Positions 9,890 through 19,091 of a stretch of 64,000 bases of DNA are shown here, in pieces. Under the pieces are notes generated by a model. The model was not told where the DNA came from and ran no database searches. It saw nothing but the letters and a program-made list of their open reading frames with translations. Positions within the stretch are counted from its first letter, which is position 1. Every line of letters begins with the position of its first letter. This DNA comes from a virus. The stretch covers positions 29,232-93,231 of the IMG/VR virus record IMGVR_UViG_3300037851_000865; one strand, 5' to 3'. Made by a program: the position numbers and the translations under genes.

Positions 9890-10446
9890 TATTCGTCTTC
9901 TTCCTGTTCGTGGTCGTGGGTGCAAGGCGTTCCTGTACGCCAGTTTCTTTCGTATGTGCAAATCGGGCATTCGCCCGCGTAAGAGATGTGAGGCCACATC
10001 TCGATAACGTCCTCGTTGACGGTACGAATACACGACAAGCAGAAGAACTGCGTCATGTCCCTGTACTCTGCAAGGTGAATAGAAGGCTCCCCTTCAGGGC
10101 TTCTAGGTGAGCGGTGAAACTCCCCAGTCGTGGACATGCCTGTTGGCTCGCCGGGGCGAATGTCACTCTCACACATAACACACTTGCAGACCCCGTATGG
10201 GTCAGGTACTGGTGTGGCTCCTTCATCATCCAGGATTTCAAACAGAGTATCCTGGAGCTTTGCCCAACACCCGTCATGGTAGAAGTGCGGCTCATAGAAG
10301 AACTCACCGTTAGCTCCTGAAAAGGGTGTGACGGTAAGTCTTCCTTCGTTGTCTCGTTGTGGAAGCACTATTTGAATCAGGGTCACTATACTGGTGAATG
10401 GGAACTCTTCTTCGCAGTCCCCGCAGATGTGACCTGTGCCGTGCAT
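9889..10446 (-). CDS. Cys-rich (multi zinc-finger) hypothetical protein
   Basis: CGDC, CKCVMC, CLSC, CPIC...CTH; start placed at ATG 10446 just after the upstream stop (track start 10503). Confidence 0.7.
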   Translation of the reverse strand: MHGTGHICGDCEEEFPFTSIVTLIQIVLPQRDNEGRLTVTPFSGANGEFFYEPHFYHDGCWAKLQDTLFEILDDEGATPVPDPYGVCKCVMCESDIRPGEPTGMSTTGEFHRSPRSPEGEPSIHLAEYRDMTQFFCLSCIRTVNEDVIEMWPHISYAGECPICTYERNWRTGTPCTHDHEQEEDE

Positions 10447-10454
10447 AAAAGCTT

Positions 10455-11057
10455 CTACAGCACTCTGTCCCATATAACCTTTCTGTGCTCGACGGAGCAC
10501 CACCTTCTCTCTAGTGTTTCGAAACGGCCGTCTGGGCCGTACTGTGTTTCTGGGTCTTTGTCCCAGAGAAAGGTGAGCAACTCTTCGTAGTCCACCTTGT
10601 CTTCCTTGTGCACTTTCCTTGTGTACTCAACGCCCGAGGGTACGTAACCACACTGATAGTGCTCCAAGTACTGCTGCCGAAGAATCAGCTCGTGCTCGTG
10701 GAGCTCGTCGAGCAAATCCACGCTGTCGCAGCACAAACCAATCCACCCATCATCAGTGTCGTTGATGTACGGGTAGGAGGCACCAAGCCAAGGACACCAC
10801 GCCCCTGGCTTGGCTAGCTCCAACAGCAGCTCCAGGTCGCGCTGGTTCACAAAAGATATGAACCCCTTGTTGTCAACGACCTTCGCGCGTATGCCCCCAA
10901 GCATTCTGCTGCTCAGCGGAGCAAAGAGGCGATGGATGGTCCAAATTCTTCCAGTATCTACAGGGTCTTCGAACTGCGTGCCCGCAAGACCGAAGTCCTC
11001 AGTAAGGATGTGCGTACTGGGGAGGATTGGCAGCGCGCCGTTCGGATTCAGCAGCAC
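10455..11057 (-). CDS. Hypothetical protein
   Basis: 200 aa, GTG start with GGAGG RBS. Confidence 0.75.
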   Translation of the reverse strand: MLLNPNGALPILPSTHILTEDFGLAGTQFEDPVDTGRIWTIHRLFAPLSSRMLGGIRAKVVDNKGFISFVNQRDLELLLELAKPGAWCPWLGASYPYINDTDDGWIGLCCDSVDLLDELHEHELILRQQYLEHYQCGYVPSGVEYTRKVHKEDKVDYEELLTFLWDKDPETQYGPDGRFETLERRWCSVEHRKVIWDRVL

Positions 11058-11120
11058 TTAGTTCCTCCAGTATTGCGAGCACCAGGCCGTTTACTATGCC
11101 GGCAAAGAACAGAGCCCACA

Positions 11121-11231
11121 TCAACTCTCTTTTTCTTCCTCGGTGTCGTAGTCACTACCGCCGTACATCTCATCGATGTCAGCTTCCATCTGTGCCCCAG
11201 AATTGTTGTACTCTTCGTCTTCTTCGCCCAT
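11121..11231 (-). CDS. Small highly acidic peptide (36 aa)
   Basis: MGEEDEEYNNSGAQMEADIDEMYGGSDYDTEEEKES; AGAAAGG RBS; first ORF downstream of promoter motif copy 2. Confidence 0.55.
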   Translation of the reverse strand: MGEEDEEYNNSGAQMEADIDEMYGGSDYDTEEEKES

Positions 11232-11266
11232 GGCGGCCTTTCTGAAGCAGCTTCCTGCTCCACTTT

Positions 11267-11295
11267 TCTTATTCCGCGATATCTGCAGTACTTGC
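11267..11295 (-). promoter_or_regulatory. Candidate phage promoter GCAA-N19-ATAAGA (copy 2)
   Basis: Plus strand TCTTAT 11267-11272, 19 nt, TTGC 11292-11295. Confidence 0.65.
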
Positions 11296-11336
11296 GGGGC
11301 ATTCCTGGGCCGGGGTAGGCTACAATAGGCGGGCGC

Positions 11337-14300
11337 ATGGCACATCTGGACCACAACGAGGCTTTCGAGGAGTTCAAGAACCGAACCCTGGAAGGAATTA
11401 AGGCCAACTTCCCCATCGAGGGGCGAGACCGTTCTCTCGTCCTGAAGGGGTTGGAGGTTGCAGATGCGGCGAACGCATCTGATGACCTCGACGAGCAGCA
11501 CAAGGCGAAGGTAGAAGGGCGCACGTTCAGTCGTCCTATCTATGCGACCGTCTCTGTCGTGGATAAGCAGACGGGTAAAGAACAAACAGAGCGCATGAAG
11601 ATTGGTGAGCTCCCTGTGCTCACCCGCCGGTACAGCTACATCGTTGGCGGGCAGGAGTACCAGGTAGACAATCAGTGGCAGCTGAAGCCCGGCATCTACA
11701 CGCAGCGCAAAGCTGACGGCTCGCTGAAGTCGGAGTTCAACATTCAGGGAAAGAAGTCTTTCAACCTGAAGTTCGAACCTGAGACCAAGCAGTTTCTCAT
11801 GGAGCGCGGCAGTTCCAAGACAATCCCCGCCTATCCCATCCTGAAGACGATGGGTATCGACGACGAAACTCTTGAGCGTCAGTGGGGGAAGGACATTCTT
11901 CAGGCGAACAGGGACTCACGCAACTCCGCTACCGCTCTGTCGCGTTTCTACAAGGCCGACAAGAAGCGCATGCCCGCGGACACCACAACTGCTTCGACGT
12001 ACGTACGCCAGACGCTGCTCGGTTCTCAGGTACGCGCGGACGCCGTAGAGAAAACGCTCGGGCGCAACACGTCGACCGTAGACGGTGACATTCTTCTGCG
12101 GGCTACCAAGCGCATGCTGGACATTCAGGGAGGTGCTCCTGAGGATGACCGCGACAGTCTTGTGTTCAAAGACCTGCGCTCTGTTGGTGACTACGCGTAT
12201 GACAAGCTGACAGACTGGCGCACACAGAGCATGATTCGCACGAAGATTCAGCGGCAGCTCAACAGCGCAAAGGCCACCTCTCCTCGAGACATCCTCCGTA
12301 CGGCTTCTTTTGGACAGCCCATCATGGCGACGTTCAAGAAGAACTCAGCCGCGCGCACCGCCGACCAAATCAATCCGGTTGAGATGCTTGCGTCTTCGAT
12401 GCAGACCACTGTGATGGGCCCTGGTGGTATTCAGTCGGAGCACGGCATCACCCCTGAGGTGAAGTACATCAATCCGTCGCACTTTGGGTTCCTCGACCCA
12501 CTTCACACACCAGAGGGTGGAAAGACCGGCGTAACCCTTCATTTGCCTATGGGTGTGAAGAAGGTCGGAAAAGAGCCCCGAATTCCGGTATATAATTTGA
12601 AAACGGGCAAGAAAGAACTTATCGGTCCGGCGGCATTTATGTCGTCGTCGGTTGCGCTCCCTGACCAGATGAAGTGGGACGACAAGGGCCGACCTGTGCC
12701 TGTCGCTGCCAAAATCAAAGTCTCTTCAAAGGACAATGAGATTGAAGAGGTCTCGTCCAAAGACGTGCAGTACGCGATGTATCACCCGTCGCAGGCGTTC
12801 TCTTTGACCTCGAACCTAATCCCCTTCATGGGCAACACCTCGGGTAACCGCGCCAGCTACGCGACTCACCACATTGAGCAGGCTATCTCGCTAGCGGACC
12901 GGGATGTGCCGCTTATTCAGGCGGGTACTGGCGTAGGCAGAGGCGGCATCAAGAGCTTCGAAGAGTTTGTTGGACGTAACTCTGCACATACAACTCCTGT
13001 TGCAGGTGTTGTTGTGAAGGCGGACAAGCAGCACGGTATTGTGGTCAAAGACGACAAAGGGCAGACCCACAAGGTTCCGCTGTACAACAACTTCCCGCTG
13101 AACGATGCCAAGGCGGTTCTGGACTCCACGCCCATTGTAAAGCCAGGTGACCACGTTCGTGCGGGGCAGGTGGTGGGCGATACAAACTTCACAAAGGGCG
13201 GCAGTCTCGCGCTCGGGAAGAATCTTCGAGTCGGCTACATCCCCTACAAGGGCTACAACTTTGAAGACGGCGTGGTCATCAGCGAGTCGGCCGCGGACGC
13301 TCTCAAGAGCGTGCACATGCACAAGCCGAGCATGAAGCTGCAGCCTACGGACACGACCGATGTCAAGAAGTTCACAGCGCAACATCCTGAGGCTTTCAGG
13401 AAAGAACAGCTACAGAAGGTAGGTGCCGACGGCATTGTTCAGGTAGGTCAGCGCATCAACCCTGGTGACCCGCTTGTGTTGGCGATGAGGCCGCTCAACA
13501 TCAACGACCAGTCTGGTATCGCGCGTGTGCGTAAGAGCTTGTCTGGTCAGCAGACTGACGCGTCTTTGCGCTGGGACAAGGACTACGCCGGCGAAGTTGT
13601 AGGCGTGCACCAGAACAAGAAGGGCGAGGTCACTGTCCACGTAAAGACCATCGAGCCCATGACGGTCGGCGATAAAATCACAGGTCGCTACGGCAACAAG
13701 GGTATCGTCACAAAGGTCATCCCTGACGCTGAAATGCCTCGAACAAAGGACGGACAGCCCATTCAGGTGGCTCTCAATCCCGCTGGCATCCCAGGCCGTA
13801 TGAACGTTGGTCAGGTGCTTGAAACGGCCCTGTCCAAGGTCGCGCGCAAGACCGGGCAGCCCATCATCGTGAACAACTTCGAGTACGGAGTTGACCAACT
13901 TGAGAAGGCCAAAGAAGAACTGAAGAAGCATGGTCTCGAGGACAAGGAAGAGCTCATTGACCCGAAGACCGGCTTGTCTCTCGGCAAAGTGCTCGTCGGC
14001 GAGCAGCACATGCTCAAGCTTCAGCATCAGGTAGACAAGAAGGTCTCGGTCAGAAGCGGTATGGCGCTGCGTGGTGAAGAGGCTGAAGGTTACGACAACA
14101 ACCTCATCCCTAAGGGTGGCGGCAAGGCCGGTGCGCAGTCGATGGGTAACCTCGGCATGAACGTCCTGCTTGCTCACGGAGCCACCGCGAACATCCGCGA
14201 GATGCAGACCTGGAAGTCTCAGGGAGAGGACCCCGCGCCCGAGCACAAGCGCTGGAGGTCTCAACACAACGACGTGTGGAACGCCATTCAGACTGGCGCT

Positions 14301-17300
14301 CCCCTTCCTGCACCCAAGCCTACGTTCGCCTTCCAGAAGTTCACCGACATGCTCAAGGCGTCGGGCATCAACGTAGAGAAGAAGGGCAACAAGATTCAGC
14401 TCACGCCTCTCACCGACAAAGAAATCGAAGCTATGTCTTCGGGCGAGCTGTCTAACCCAAGCCGCCTCACGTACGCGAAGACGGACAAAGATGGGCAGCT
14501 GAAGCCCATCAAGGGTGGCTTGTTCGATGAGGCCAAGACTGGTGGCGTTCACGGGAAGAAGTGGGCTCACTTCAGCCTGGCGGAGCCCATGCCGAATCCC
14601 ATCTTTGAGGAACCTATCAAGAAGGTTCTGGGGATGAACAAGAACCAGTTCGCCGATGTGGTGAACGGGGACAAGGCTATCGACCCCAAGACGGGGCAGG
14701 TTGTGGCTCTCGGAAAAGGGTTGTCTGGTGGTGCCGGCATCGCTGCTGCTCTGAAGAACGTTGATGTGGCCAAGGAGCTCGAGCTTGCAAAGAAAGAGCT
14801 TGAGGCCGTGAAGATTTCTCCTGACTTTGCTCACGGAGCAAATACGCAGAAGCTCGACACGGCCCTCAAGAGGGTGAAGTACTTGAGTGTTCTGCAGGAC
14901 AAGGGCATTCGTGCTGACGAGGCTTACGTGCTCACGAAGCTTCCGGTCATTCCTCCAGCGATGCGCCAGCCGAGCATCATGAACGACGGCAATGTTCGCT
15001 GGGAGGACATCAACGGCCTCTACAAGAGCTTCGCCGAGGTCAACGATAAGCTCAAGGAGCTCAAGGGCTACGAGAGTATCGGCATCGGGGATGCGGACAT
15101 GAAGGTGCCGCGCCAGGGCATGTACGACGGACTCCGCGCACTGGTTGGCGTTGGGCAAAGCGCCGCGGAGCGTGATGAGGACAAGCCGAAGGGTATCCTT
15201 CGTATGATTCACGGAAGTATCCCGAAGGAGGGTTACTTCCAGAAGACGCTCATGTCGCGCAAGCAGGACATGACGATGCGCTCTACCATCGTGCCTGAGC
15301 CTGCCATGAACCTGGACGATGTCGGTGTTCCAGCTGCCAAGGCACTCACGTTGTTCCGTCCGTTCGTAATCAAGAAGATGACTGACATGGGCGTGGCGCA
15401 GACCCCACTTCAGGCACAGGAGATGCTTCGAGACAAGAATGCCATCAAGAATCAAGGCATCTTCAAGGCCCTTGAGGCCGTCACGGCAGAGCGGCCTCTA
15501 CTGATGAAGCGAGACCCCGCGCTGCACATGCACAGTATCCAGGCCTTCAACGCACGACCGGTTAAAGGCAACGCCATCAAGATTCACCCCCTCGTCGTGG
15601 GCGGGTACAACGCAGACTTCGACGGCGACACAATGAGCATGTACGTGCCTATCAGCAACGAGGCCGTAGAGGAGGCGCGCGGCATGATGCCGAGTCGCAA
15701 CCTGTTCAACGCGGCCTCGGGGCATGTGGCCCATGCTCCTTCTCTCGAGAGCTCGCTCGGTCTGTACAAGATGACACAAGTCCAGGGCTCGGGAAGCAAG
15801 TCTTTCAAGAGTGCGGGAGATGCCATGAAGGCAGTACAAGCAGGCAAGCTCAGCATCGACGAGCTTGCTAACATCAGCGGGTACGGGAAGACTACTGCTG
15901 GCCGTGTTCTTCTTGCGGACGCTCTCCCTAAGTCGATGCAGGACAAGATGCTGCATGACCATTCCTTTGTGATGAACAAGAAGGGTGTGAATCAGCTGTA
16001 TGGGGACCTTGCAAAGAACCACCCGGATAGTTTTGCTGATGCAGCAAATCGTCTGAAGGATTACGGCTTTGATGCCTCGTACGGCCAGGTGCGTCTCAAG
16101 CACCCGACTATACACGTGGGTCAGGGCGCTATTGATGCAGCAGAGCAGGGAAAGTTTGCTGTGCTTCCTATTGGGTCGCACAGCCTCGGGCTCGATGACC
16201 TCGCCCCGGACAAGGCCGTTCGTGACAAGATTGTCAATGCGACCCAGCGCCGTGTCGACATGGTGAACCGCTCCAATCTGACGAAGAGCCAGAAGGAGGC
16301 TCGTGCGGTGGAAGAGTGGACCAAGGCTACTGCCGAGATGCAGAAGGCGCACGTCGAGTCCGCCAAGAAGAAGCCTGACAACTTGTTCAAGATGTACGAC
16401 GCAGGCATTAAGCCGGGCATGTCTCAGTACCAGCAGCTGAAGCTTGCCCCGATGCTGCTCGAAGACGCGTCTGGTCGAACCATCCCCATGCCTGTCACGA
16501 AGTCGTACTCTGAAGGTCTCGATATGGCGGGTTACTGGATTCAGTCCAGCGGTGCTCGTAAGGGCTCTATCCAGAAGGTGCAGGAGGTCCAGGACCCTGG
16601 CTACTTCTCGAAGCAGCTCATCAACACGGCCATGAACCTGCAGATTCGCGACGAGGACTGCGGCACGCAGCGCGGCGTTGGTCTTTCTGTCTCAGATAAG
16701 GATGTCTATGACCGAGAACTTGCGTCCGACCTGAAGGTAAAAGGACGTACGTTTGCGAAGGGTACTGTTCTTTCTCCTGATGTGGTCGGGCAGATTCGCA
16801 AGCTCGACAAGGGTGCACAGGTCGTTGTCCGTTCCTCTTTGAAATGCGAGCACGGCAAGGGTCTATGCCAGCACTGTGCAGGTATCAGCCCCACCGGGAA
16901 GTATTACGACGTCGGTACTAACCTCGGTATCTTGTCGGCGCAGTCTCTTGGTGAGCGCTCTGTTCAGCTCGCTTTGAAGGCATTCCACTCTGGTGGTGTG
17001 AAGTCTACCGGCGGGGCTGGTGTGCTCGGCGCTTTTGACCGCACAAAGCAGCTCACGGCACTGCCGAAGAAGATTCCTGACGCAGCCTCCTTGGCTATGA
17101 CCTCGGGTAAGATTGAGAAGGTGCAGGAGGACCGGACCGGCACCAACATCTGGATTGCTGGGCAGAAGCACTTTGTACCCAAGGACCGCGCAGGCCGTAC
17201 CTTGACGACGACGCTTCCTGGCGTGGCGCCTCCTGGCTGGGCTCCACCGAAGGTGGGTGCGTTCGTAGAGGCGGGACAGTCCCTCAGCGACCCGACACGT

Positions 17301-17816
17301 TCTTTCGTGAACCCGCACGACCTATACAAGGCGACGAGGAACATCGAAAAGGTTCAGAACTTTCTCACGAACGAGCTTCACGGCATCTACAAGGATGAAG
17401 GTGTTCGACGGCAGCACATCGAGACGGTTGTGAAGGCACTGAGCAACACTTCTCGCGTACGTAGCCCTGGAGATGCTCAGAACATCCTTCGAGGAGAGTA
17501 TCAGCCTACGTCTCAGATGCGGGCCCTGAACGCAGAGCTCACAAAGGCTGGCAAGCGCCCTGTGAGCTATTCCCCTATTTTGAAGGGTGTCGATGTGGCG
17601 CCCTTGACGGTTCACGATGACTGGATGGCGAAGCTGAATTACGCGCAGCTCACCAAGACGTTGACGGAAGCCGCGGCAGAAGGTTCTATCTCCGACCTGC
17701 ATGGTATGCACCCGGTTCCAGGAGCAGCCTACGGGGCAGAGTTCGGTATCGCGAAGAAACACAAAGACCCCTTCGCGCCACCCCATATCAAGAACCTTCC
17801 AACGTGGTCGTACTGA
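11337..17816 (+). CDS. rpoBC: Fused beta-beta' multisubunit-type DNA-directed RNA polymerase (2159 aa)
   Basis: Beta motifs GYNFEDG, GDKITGRYGNKG, LNPAGIPGRMNVGQ; beta' motifs LPVIPP, catalytic NADFDGD (15609-15629), bridge helix GARKG...GY, CEHGKGLCQHC, trigger loop AQSLGE...AFHSGG. Confidence 0.97.
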   Translation: MAHLDHNEAFEEFKNRTLEGIKANFPIEGRDRSLVLKGLEVADAANASDDLDEQHKAKVEGRTFSRPIYATVSVVDKQTGKEQTERMKIGELPVLTRRYSYIVGGQEYQVDNQWQLKPGIYTQRKADGSLKSEFNIQGKKSFNLKFEPETKQFLMERGSSKTIPAYPILKTMGIDDETLERQWGKDILQANRDSRNSATALSRFYKADKKRMPADTTTASTYVRQTLLGSQVRADAVEKTLGRNTSTVDGDILLRATKRMLDIQGGAPEDDRDSLVFKDLRSVGDYAYDKLTDWRTQSMIRTKIQRQLNSAKATSPRDILRTASFGQPIMATFKKNSAARTADQINPVEMLASSMQTTVMGPGGIQSEHGITPEVKYINPSHFGFLDPLHTPEGGKTGVTLHLPMGVKKVGKEPRIPVYNLKTGKKELIGPAAFMSSSVALPDQMKWDDKGRPVPVAAKIKVSSKDNEIEEVSSKDVQYAMYHPSQAFSLTSNLIPFMGNTSGNRASYATHHIEQAISLADRDVPLIQAGTGVGRGGIKSFEEFVGRNSAHTTPVAGVVVKADKQHGIVVKDDKGQTHKVPLYNNFPLNDAKAVLDSTPIVKPGDHVRAGQVVGDTNFTKGGSLALGKNLRVGYIPYKGYNFEDGVVISESAADALKSVHMHKPSMKLQPTDTTDVKKFTAQHPEAFRKEQLQKVGADGIVQVGQRINPGDPLVLAMRPLNINDQSGIARVRKSLSGQQTDASLRWDKDYAGEVVGVHQNKKGEVTVHVKTIEPMTVGDKITGRYGNKGIVTKVIPDAEMPRTKDGQPIQVALNPAGIPGRMNVGQVLETALSKVARKTGQPIIVNNFEYGVDQLEKAKEELKKHGLEDKEELIDPKTGLSLGKVLVGEQHMLKLQHQVDKKVSVRSGMALRGEEAEGYDNNLIPKGGGKAGAQSMGNLGMNVLLAHGATANIREMQTWKSQGEDPAPEHKRWRSQHNDVWNAIQTGAPLPAPKPTFAFQKFTDMLKASGINVEKKGNKIQLTPLTDKEIEAMSSGELSNPSRLTYAKTDKDGQLKPIKGGLFDEAKTGGVHGKKWAHFSLAEPMPNPIFEEPIKKVLGMNKNQFADVVNGDKAIDPKTGQVVALGKGLSGGAGIAAALKNVDVAKELELAKKELEAVKISPDFAHGANTQKLDTALKRVKYLSVLQDKGIRADEAYVLTKLPVIPPAMRQPSIMNDGNVRWEDINGLYKSFAEVNDKLKELKGYESIGIGDADMKVPRQGMYDGLRALVGVGQSAAERDEDKPKGILRMIHGSIPKEGYFQKTLMSRKQDMTMRSTIVPEPAMNLDDVGVPAAKALTLFRPFVIKKMTDMGVAQTPLQAQEMLRDKNAIKNQGIFKALEAVTAERPLLMKRDPALHMHSIQAFNARPVKGNAIKIHPLVVGGYNADFDGDTMSMYVPISNEAVEEARGMMPSRNLFNAASGHVAHAPSLESSLGLYKMTQVQGSGSKSFKSAGDAMKAVQAGKLSIDELANISGYGKTTAGRVLLADALPKSMQDKMLHDHSFVMNKKGVNQLYGDLAKNHPDSFADAANRLKDYGFDASYGQVRLKHPTIHVGQGAIDAAEQGKFAVLPIGSHSLGLDDLAPDKAVRDKIVNATQRRVDMVNRSNLTKSQKEARAVEEWTKATAEMQKAHVESAKKKPDNLFKMYDAGIKPGMSQYQQLKLAPMLLEDASGRTIPMPVTKSYSEGLDMAGYWIQSSGARKGSIQKVQEVQDPGYFSKQLINTAMNLQIRDEDCGTQRGVGLSVSDKDVYDRELASDLKVKGRTFAKGTVLSPDVVGQIRKLDKGAQVVVRSSLKCEHGKGLCQHCAGISPTGKYYDVGTNLGILSAQSLGERSVQLALKAFHSGGVKSTGGAGVLGAFDRTKQLTALPKKIPDAASLAMTSGKIEKVQEDRTGTNIWIAGQKHFVPKDRAGRTLTTTLPGVAPPGWAPPKVGAFVEAGQSLSDPTRSFVNPHDLYKATRNIEKVQNFLTNELHGIYKDEGVRRQHIETVVKALSNTSRVRSPGDAQNILRGEYQPTSQMRALNAELTKAGKRPVSYSPILKGVDVAPLTVHDDWMAKLNYAQLTKTLTEAAAEGSISDLHGMHPVPGAAYGAEFGIAKKHKDPFAPPHIKNLPTWSY

Positions 17817-19091
17817 ATGGCAGTCAAAGGAATCTCAGAGGGGCATTTCAACCCCTTCAACTGGACAAGCTTTGCGCGTACTGGTTGGACGCAGCCAGAG
17901 GGCATGGTCCCGGCACACGTCGTGGAGGCGCGCGTATTCAACGTCAACCTCCCTAACTGGACCATCGATGTTCAGTCTGTGTTTGACCAGCGGACTATGC
18001 TCGACGTCCAGGTGGGTCAGCCCTACCTGCATTCGACGGGTGGCGAGGGCAGCTATTGCGTCCCGGAGGTGGGCGCGAAGTGCCAGGTACTCATTCCTTC
18101 AGATGGCTCTCCTCCGTGTGTCCTCTGCTTCATCATGCCGATGGAGACGCTAGAAGACACCAGCACTCCTGAGGCCCCTGCTGGAACGGCTCCTCGAGGA
18201 GGAACAGAGGGCGGGTCCAAGGATTACTCGTTCTCTGGAGGACGTCAGCGGCCAAAGCCTGGCGACATCATCAGCAAAGGCAGGGACGGTAACTTCATGA
18301 TTCTGCACCGAGGTGGTGTGGCGCAGTTTGGTGCCAGTCCTTTGGCGCAGCGTATTTGTATTCCGCTGAACAATCTGGTGACGGACATCAGCCAGAACTA
18401 CAACCACTACAACGGTAGCGGCTCTGTGAACTGGGGTGTGCAGGACAGAGGAAGCAAGAACCCGACAGGTGAGTATCGGCACACTCAGCGCATATACGCC
18501 AACGACGCGTACGCAGATATTCGCTTCGCAATGGGGTATGTACGTAGCCCTGTGCCCGAGCCTACAGGGGACGCCGGTGAGACGTCGAACTTGAATCAGC
18601 TTAACATCGGCACGAATGCCGATACTGTGTTTGAGTTTGTTCTGTCAAAGGACGGCTTTGAGACTGACGCCGGTGAGTTCCACGCCACGGCTGGTGATGT
18701 GAAAATTCGTATGTTCTTCGACCGTAACGGTAGCGCGATGGCGCGCTTTGAGGGGTCTGTAGACCTTCGCATCAAAAAGAAGCTCCGAATCACTATCGAC
18801 GACAATGCTGACATCTTCGGGAAGAAAACCATCACCATCGACGCCAAAGACGCATTAAAGCTGTTTGGCGGAAGTCTTGCAGAGCTAGGTACTGCTGGCG
18901 GGAACGTTGTACTCAACGGGGGCTCAAAGGCTGTGGCATTCGTTGGTTCCCGTGTACAGGTAGCAATTACTCCCCCAGGAATCATTGCACAGGCTATTGT
19001 TCCACCGACACCTACACCACAACCAATCACCATCATGGCGGGTGTCTTTGAGGGTGTAGTACTCTCAGGCAATCCAACCATTCTAGTCTGA
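17817..19091 (+). CDS. Baseplate central spike-like protein (gpV/gp5 OB-fold type)
   Basis: N-terminal OB-fold-like segment ending PEVGAKCQV, then beta-rich repeats and GNVVLNGG...VAFVG at the C-terminus; ATG abuts the RNAP stop. Confidence 0.6.
   Translation: MAVKGISEGHFNPFNWTSFARTGWTQPEGMVPAHVVEARVFNVNLPNWTIDVQSVFDQRTMLDVQVGQPYLHSTGGEGSYCVPEVGAKCQVLIPSDGSPPCVLCFIMPMETLEDTSTPEAPAGTAPRGGTEGGSKDYSFSGGRQRPKPGDIISKGRDGNFMILHRGGVAQFGASPLAQRICIPLNNLVTDISQNYNHYNGSGSVNWGVQDRGSKNPTGEYRHTQRIYANDAYADIRFAMGYVRSPVPEPTGDAGETSNLNQLNIGTNADTVFEFVLSKDGFETDAGEFHATAGDVKIRMFFDRNGSAMARFEGSVDLRIKKKLRITIDDNADIFGKKTITIDAKDALKLFGGSLAELGTAGGNVVLNGGSKAVAFVGSRVQVAITPPGIIAQAIVPPTPTPQPITIMAGVFEGVVLSGNPTILV

Noticed and set aside
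10999-11121. 40-aa hydrophobic ORF MWALFFAGIVNGLVLAILEEL... coupled by TGATG to the acidic peptide
   Set aside because: It overlaps the RBS and first ~60 nt of the better-supported 11057 gene; possible but unsupported
13410-15455. 681-aa antisense ORF, and similar long shadow ORFs (e.g. 4928..5845, 36605..37687, 52593..53564)
   Set aside because: They mirror real genes with strong codon bias in GC-rich DNA; no RBS or recognisable motifs
11337-17816. Host chromosomal rpoB-rpoC (fused as in Helicobacter or Wolbachia)
   Set aside because: No ribosomal-protein neighbours, much shorter, divergent at conserved positions, missing the beta' zinc finger, and flanked by phage structural genes
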